Shown here: positions 58,506 to 64,000 of the stretch, piece after piece
Layout of the letters: each line of letters starts with the position of its first letter
Position numbering within the stretch: the first letter of the stretch is position 1
DNA from: Rhizodiscina lignyota
Lineage: Eukaryota
Reading direction: 5' to 3'
Length of the DNA stretch: 64,000 nt
NCBI GenBank assembly: GCA_010015805.1
Contig: ML978124.1
Coordinates: 992,001-1,056,000, forward strand
The notes under the pieces: model-generated
Seen by the model: the letters and a program-made list of their open reading frames with translations, nothing else
Databases searched by the model: none
What the model was told of the DNA's origin: nothing
Position numbers and translations under genes: made by a program

Positions 58506-61297
58506 ACCCCTTTCATTCCATTTTCTTGCATCGTTGTCATGGTAAGACTGCTGTTTTCCCGGCGGATTCTGCTTCTTGTGCATTCTGAGCGTTCCTTTGC
58601 TCGCTGAGCTAGTCTGGTTTAATTGCATAGACGGAGTCTTCGTCGGTCCGGGCTCGACACGAGCTTTGTTTGAGTTTTGCTTTATATCAGGGTGGATCTG
58701 GACGTCGGTCCGGCCACGGGGTGGTAGTTTCGGGCGAAGGCGTCAATGTGGGTTCCTGTATATACCCCAGGCATTGATAGCCAAACTAGAATGCTTCTCA
58801 CAATCATTCTGTGCAAATGGTCTGTCATGCGTCTCCTTCTGTTAAACATGCACCTTTCTCTTCGCTCTTGTCAGCGGCACTCATGGACATCCTGGTGCTC
58901 ACTCACTGGTTCCTGGCCAATGGGACCGATTTGAATCGGCGAATGCGCAGCAGCGTCATCGTTTCCAGCCCAGGTAACGGGAATGGTCTTCCATATTTTC
59001 CCTCGTTTTATTTCCATCTCGTCACGAGAGAGACTAAAGTTGGTGTTCCAACGTTCGGGCCTCTGCTTCCGTAGCTCGGCCTGCAGATCTTTCAAGTCGG
59101 TCCCATCTTTCGAAGCCACAGTCCACTTGTCACTTCGTTCCATGCAAAGTGTCTTGCATGTAATCGAAGCATGGTGGCGTTCCTTCGTCGATGCCTTTCT
59201 TCACAGTGACAGATGAACGATGGCTTAGACTGATCAGGGTGAGAAGACCATGACTTCTTCTAAAGAATTAAGGAAAACACGCTTGGAAAAAGACGATAAA
59301 GAAAAGGCGACGAGGAATGACCACGAGGGATGATCATGAGGAAATTACGACGAGGGAAAGACAAAGGAAACGAGGCATAGAGGAACGTGGAAAGAGATTC
59401 GATAGCCAACCTTCCATTTGCTGGCATCGTAGTGAGACGAGATGTGATAGGATTGGACTGTTACTCTTGTAGCAGCCATGCACCGGACGATATGAAGGAA
59501 TCATTGGAAGTACGATTGACGTGTAGTGTACTCGGTAGTAGTCAAGAGAGAACCACCACCAACCCATCCCGAACACCACGGGCTCAATGTCTCACATTTC
59601 AACCCATATCCAGCCCACGTGATCGTGTTGTCACCCCTCAACCACAGAATGCAAAAGATGCAAGCCCTCGAAAAGCGCGCATGTCCTCAACAAAGCAAGG
59701 AAAGCAGATGACAGCAGACGCCACAAAACAACGGTCACATGAAGCACTGACTCTGACAGCGCCACGGAAGTGCCGTCTCCCTCCACCTTCGGAGATGCGT
59801 TGCAGAAAAGAAAAAGTGTACGATCAGATCAGACGTTCGCATCAAAATAGAACCCACAGTGCCCCCTTAAAAGTGACGAAAACCCAAGTGACGAAAAGCG
59901 AAGAGGTTCTGCATTGCTGCCCAACTCGCACACGACAGCTCCCATCCGTCCTTCCCCCAGACCGGGAGAGCGCATACCTCACAAACACAGGCTGCCCAAA
60001 GGCGACAGCAACACCACATCACAAAGCACTCGTTCCCGTTTCATCTGGAACGAATCCTTCACGTTCGGAAGAGGAGTAGCGCAGTGCGACTGACGTGCGG
60101 ATGGCAGCAGGACGTAGCGAGACAGCACCCGTAGTCGGGCGAGGCGCCGTCAGAAAAACACGCGAGACATCAAAAAAAGAGGAAGAAAAAAAGGAATGGG
60201 GCGTCACCAAGTCCAGCCACGGATCGATCGTCGGCTGCTGCGCGACGTCGCTTGAAGGCATATTTTCACATGGCGCATAACATGATACATTGTTGTGAAT
60301 CTTTTGTTGTTCATTTCCGTTTTCGAAACATCCATATGCGCATCGTGGCGTGGCTGTGTAAGCGCCTTTGTCTCGCCAGCGCCTGCTGCACGTTCTAACC
60401 TGCCGATGCGAGTCCACTTTCTGATACATTTACACAAGAGGTGTTCCATTTTCCTCTCGCTTCGCGGATGGTTCGCTCCCCTTGTCTCCCTCCATGTTGC
60501 GCGTCAAAGAAAGGCTGCGCTACTGCTTCATGCTGCTTCTGCTTCCCGACTAGCCCGAATACCACAAGACATTGAAGACTTTAGTGTTATGCTGTGTCTG
60601 ATGAAGGAGAGAAAAAGGGAGAGAAGAAAAGATACATGCGCAAAAGGTAGGTATCTCTAGACGCGTATACTCCGAATCCGAAGAAACCCGAAACCCCCAT
60701 TCGCTAGACTTTTCCCTTTGCAACCACCATAGCCTGCGCCTCGCCATTTGAACTCGCTTTTTTGAACTTGATGGGGTTAGGTAGGGTGAAAACAGAGGAT
60801 TAACTAGTGACTGCGCTTGTCCCTATCAGTCCTCCATCGCAACCAGTGACGGTGGGCGGCGGAGGAAGGAAGGGTATAGCCGCCATATTACAGAAGAAGA
60901 CAAAGGAAAGTGAACCAGAATCAGCGTAGCAGACGTCGTACGTCATGCTTTCGGTTGCCGAGGTTGCGCCAAAGCTCCTTGTGTTATGCATCCGATGCGA
61001 ATTTGTCATGAGCAAGTTCTGCCAATTGTGGTGGCGCAGCTGATTTGGTGATCCCGAGCGAGATCCAAGTCTATTATCATGTTGACAAAGGAAATTCGTG
61101 GTGTCTGCAGAGCGATCTGCAGACAGAAAAGGAGCGACATGATGGCGGAGCCAGTAAGGACCGTGAACGTGAGTGTTGTACATCGTGTATCATTAGGATT
61201 TCGTTGCAGTCGGCGGGAGCCGTGTTCTCTAAGCATTACTGGTACCGTAATGCAACTGCACGTGCTAGACGCCGAACGTATATGCAAAGCGCCGGTG

Positions 61298-62937
61298 TCA
61301 TCGTTCCGGTTGGAATGCCGTGCGAGAACGGCTCGAAGCACCGCTGGGTATCTTGATGTTGAGACCATTGAGCATTTTAAGGAAATTTGCCGTGCGCGAG
61401 GGCTTTGGCTGGACCTGCGCCGCGAACTGGAACATTGGTCCAACGATGTCTTCGTCGCCGAGCTTCGGGAACTTTCCCTCGCTCTTGGGATCGTTGAGCG
61501 AGGGTATCTTCATCAAGGCTGGGGGTTCGTCGGGCGTAACAGGCAGCACTTCCGAGCTCTGTCGCGAAGCTTCGGCGACAGTGAAGTCGTAGTTCTTCTT
61601 CCACTGAGCGTCGATCTCAGCCCATTTCTCCTCGGTGAGTATGTAGATCTTGGAGGTGATGCCGTAGTGCTCTCCAGTACGAACTTGGTGCTTGGTGAAG
61701 TTGCAGCGAGCGCGCTCCCAATCAGCAAAGAGAGTGCTGATGCTCTTGGCGGTAAACACCTCGGGAAGGTAAGGCTCGGGAGTAATGGTGAAGTTGGCAT
61801 GACCAAGCTTGATAGCCCATGGATCGTTAGGGTCGGCGATCATGATGGGCGGAATTTCCGAAGAAGGGATGACATGTCCGGGACGCGTATGCTGTCTAAA
61901 CGAGGCTACTGATGGCTTAGTTGAGAGTGGTGGCGTTTTGACTGCTTGGACCTGTGGTGTACCAGCTGGAGAGCCGAGAGAGAATGACGCGGTAGACTCT
62001 GCAACGGTAGGAGACTGAAGAGGAGACTGCATAGGGGTTTCGGCTGGGCGAGCTTCGTCAATCATTGGCGGAAGCAGGGGCGTGGAGGCCAGGGCCTCGC
62101 GGTTGATTGGCTCCTCATCTTTGGTCGCGACTGGAATCTCCATTGGTGCAGATCGAACGTCGGGAACGAGCTCGATGGGACTTGGTTCAAACGGATCTAC
62201 GAGAGCGTCTGATCGATCGAGTACAGGTACTGCAGTGCTACTCAGGGAAGATGACCTACTTGACGCAGCGCGCGATGGGGTGGAGTAGCCAGTCCCAAGG
62301 GAGAGGTTTGGCTTCCGCTGCTTCCAGCGCCTTGAGAAAGACGGGAAGCGGTTTGACAACCTTTGCGTAATGTGATCCATGGGTGAGTCGTCGGGCTTGT
62401 GTTTGGTGGAGGATGAACGAGAGGTCATGCCGCTGCTGAGGTTTTCGAAGAGGCTATCTGAAAAATCGAAGGCTGGGCTCTTAGGCGGCGAGGTTGTGCG
62501 TTGCTCGTGTGAAGAAGTGTGCGAACACGGTTGAGAGTCGCCTAGAGCAATTAGCGCTTGCATTCACTGCCAAACACGGGGAGTGAATGATTACAGAGGC
62601 ATTGCCAGAGATGGCTATCGTTTTCGACTATGATGCAATCGTCTTCGGGCTCTGGAGGTTCTTCTGCAAGCTTGGAGAGGCGCGCAGCAGAGCTTGTGAG
62701 CTCGACGTACTCGCCATTCGGAGGACTTGACGCGACAGAAGAGTTCGAGCTGGGGTATCTGGCATGCCCTCGCAGCGACCAGGTGGGAGTTGGAGGCTCG
62801 GACTGCACCGATTCGAGTGAATGGACGGAGGCATTGGGCTTTGCAGACTGCACTTCACTCCGATCACGAAGCGCAGTCTTGGACCTCCGACTCGAAAGAT
62901 GCGGGAGAGTCATTGCCAATTGTCGTCGGTCAGGCAT
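61298..62937 (-). CDS. Uncharacterised Ser/Pro-rich fungal protein, 2 exons
   Basis: Intron 62542-62594 joins ORFs 62551..62937 and 61298..62563 (WQCLCDSQ); C-terminal block WAIKLGHANFTI.PEPY.P..RTGEHYG.TS..Y.LTEEKW..GKFPKLGDEDIVGPM. Confidence 0.8.
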
Positions 62938-64000
62938 GATGGTCCTGGAAAAGTGGGTGAATTTTCCGTCGGGACTAGCAAGCTCCCATCGCCAGCTTAA
63001 GTAGCGTGCAAAACGTGGAGAGGACGGAGAAATAGCTCCAGGCGCAAGATGTCTCTATCCAATGTCGAGTGTTCCGGACCTGGACAGAGTGGCAGAGGCG
63101 GGAGGCACTGGAGGGTGCCACGATTTCGTCGCTGTCCAGGAGCGCGGGCTGCTCAATGGTTGGCGTGGTGTGTTGATGCCCTGCGGAGTGAGGTGGGTGA
63201 GGTGTCGCGAGCGTGGGTGGGCCAGCGGCCAGTGAGAGGCGCGGGAGGTGAGCGATTCGGGTAGGGCACACGTGAAATGGGCAGAGTGGTACCGGCTGGA
63301 GTGACGGGTCGCGGGGCGTGGGCGTATTATGATGAGACCATGTGGCAGCGAAGCGAAGGTGGAGTGAGACGGAGGGAGCGAAGAAGAAAAGGGAATTGAG
63401 AGAGTGAAGCGGCTGGTGAAGAAGTTGGGGCAGGCGAAAGTCTTTTTCTTGTGGCCGAAGAGTCGTGCCTTCGCCGAAAGTGGGCCTCCGGTCGACGCCT
63501 CCACAGCGTTGCGACTGTCGATGCTCAGTGCTGCTCCGAACGCCGCTTGACCTCGACCCCCGAGCGTGCAGGGGAGGTGGGCAGGGCAGGCGGGCAGGGA
63601 AGGCCTGAGCAGCATTCATCCACTTCATCCAGCTCACTTGCAGATGGTAAGTCACTACAACAATGATGATTGCATGCGTGATGCGCCTCTCAACGGCCCG
63701 CGTGCGCTTGCCTGAGGCCTCGCAGCGCCATTGCCCTCGCCTTCGTGCCACTCGCGCCGGGAGGCTGAGGCCTGCTCGCGCCCACCTGTGGCTTCTGATT
63801 CACGCTTGCCGCTTCACCCACTGCCCGCAAGAACAAAGCAGCACCAATTATCGCTCGCGACCCAATGCGGACGCTGCGACGCTGCTGGAGGGGGAGGGCC
63901 AGGTCTCGCGTGCATTGCACACCCTCCGCGTCCAGTGTCAGTCGCCATCACAAGCTGCCTGCGCAACTAAGCTCGGTCACTGAGAGCGCGCGCTTTCGAG

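Noticed and set aside
59387..60079. 230-aa plus-strand ORF
   Set aside because: Non-ATG start and low-information translation arising from purine skew.
61079..61912. 277-aa plus-strand ORF
   Set aside because: Mostly antisense to the conserved domain of the 61298..62937 gene; shadow ORF.
62975..64000. 258-aa and 186-aa minus ORFs, and a plus-strand ATG|GTAAGT at 63644
   Set aside because: Consistent with leader/promoter DNA of the 62937 gene; the putative spliced plus-strand frame is not protein-like.
1..64000. CRISPR arrays, tRNA/rRNA genes, TPP riboswitch, intact transposase/RT/tyrosine recombinase genes
   Set aside because: No regularly spaced repeats, cloverleaf or riboswitch cores, or element ORF motifs seen by eye; tRNAscan-SE, Infernal and RepeatMasker would be needed to exclude them formally.

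Overview
This window is eukaryotic nuclear DNA from a filamentous ascomycete (Pezizomycotina), judged by short GT..AG introns with CTRAY branch points and fungal gene families; the exact taxon cannot be fixed from sequence alone. About 27 protein-coding loci are supportable once introns are spliced by eye. Core genes include CCC1, a SPRY protein, RRP7, an STB6-like gene, a CSC1/OSCA channel, a small HSP, NDUFB8 and SWR1. An accessory stretch at ~0.7-11.5 kb holds an Sfk1-like gene, RIP-like patches, a bacterial-type luciferase-like monooxygenase, a divergent orphan/Clr5-domain pair whose Clr5 gene has an internal TGA, and a secreted phosphoesterase. A second at ~20.5-30 kb holds an O-methyltransferase, a HET pseudogene, a LovD/EstB-like esterase, a sugar porter and a GH10 xylanase. 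I found no rRNA, tRNA, CRISPR array or intact transposon. Best leads: (1) the Clr5 locus, its internal stop and its head-to-head partner; (2) a possible xylan-utilisation mini-cluster with a dense CreA-site block; (3) a fungal GH10 carrying the actinobacterial Cys pair; (4) a GT31 with degenerate catalytic motifs. Family assignments come from recalled motifs, not database searches.
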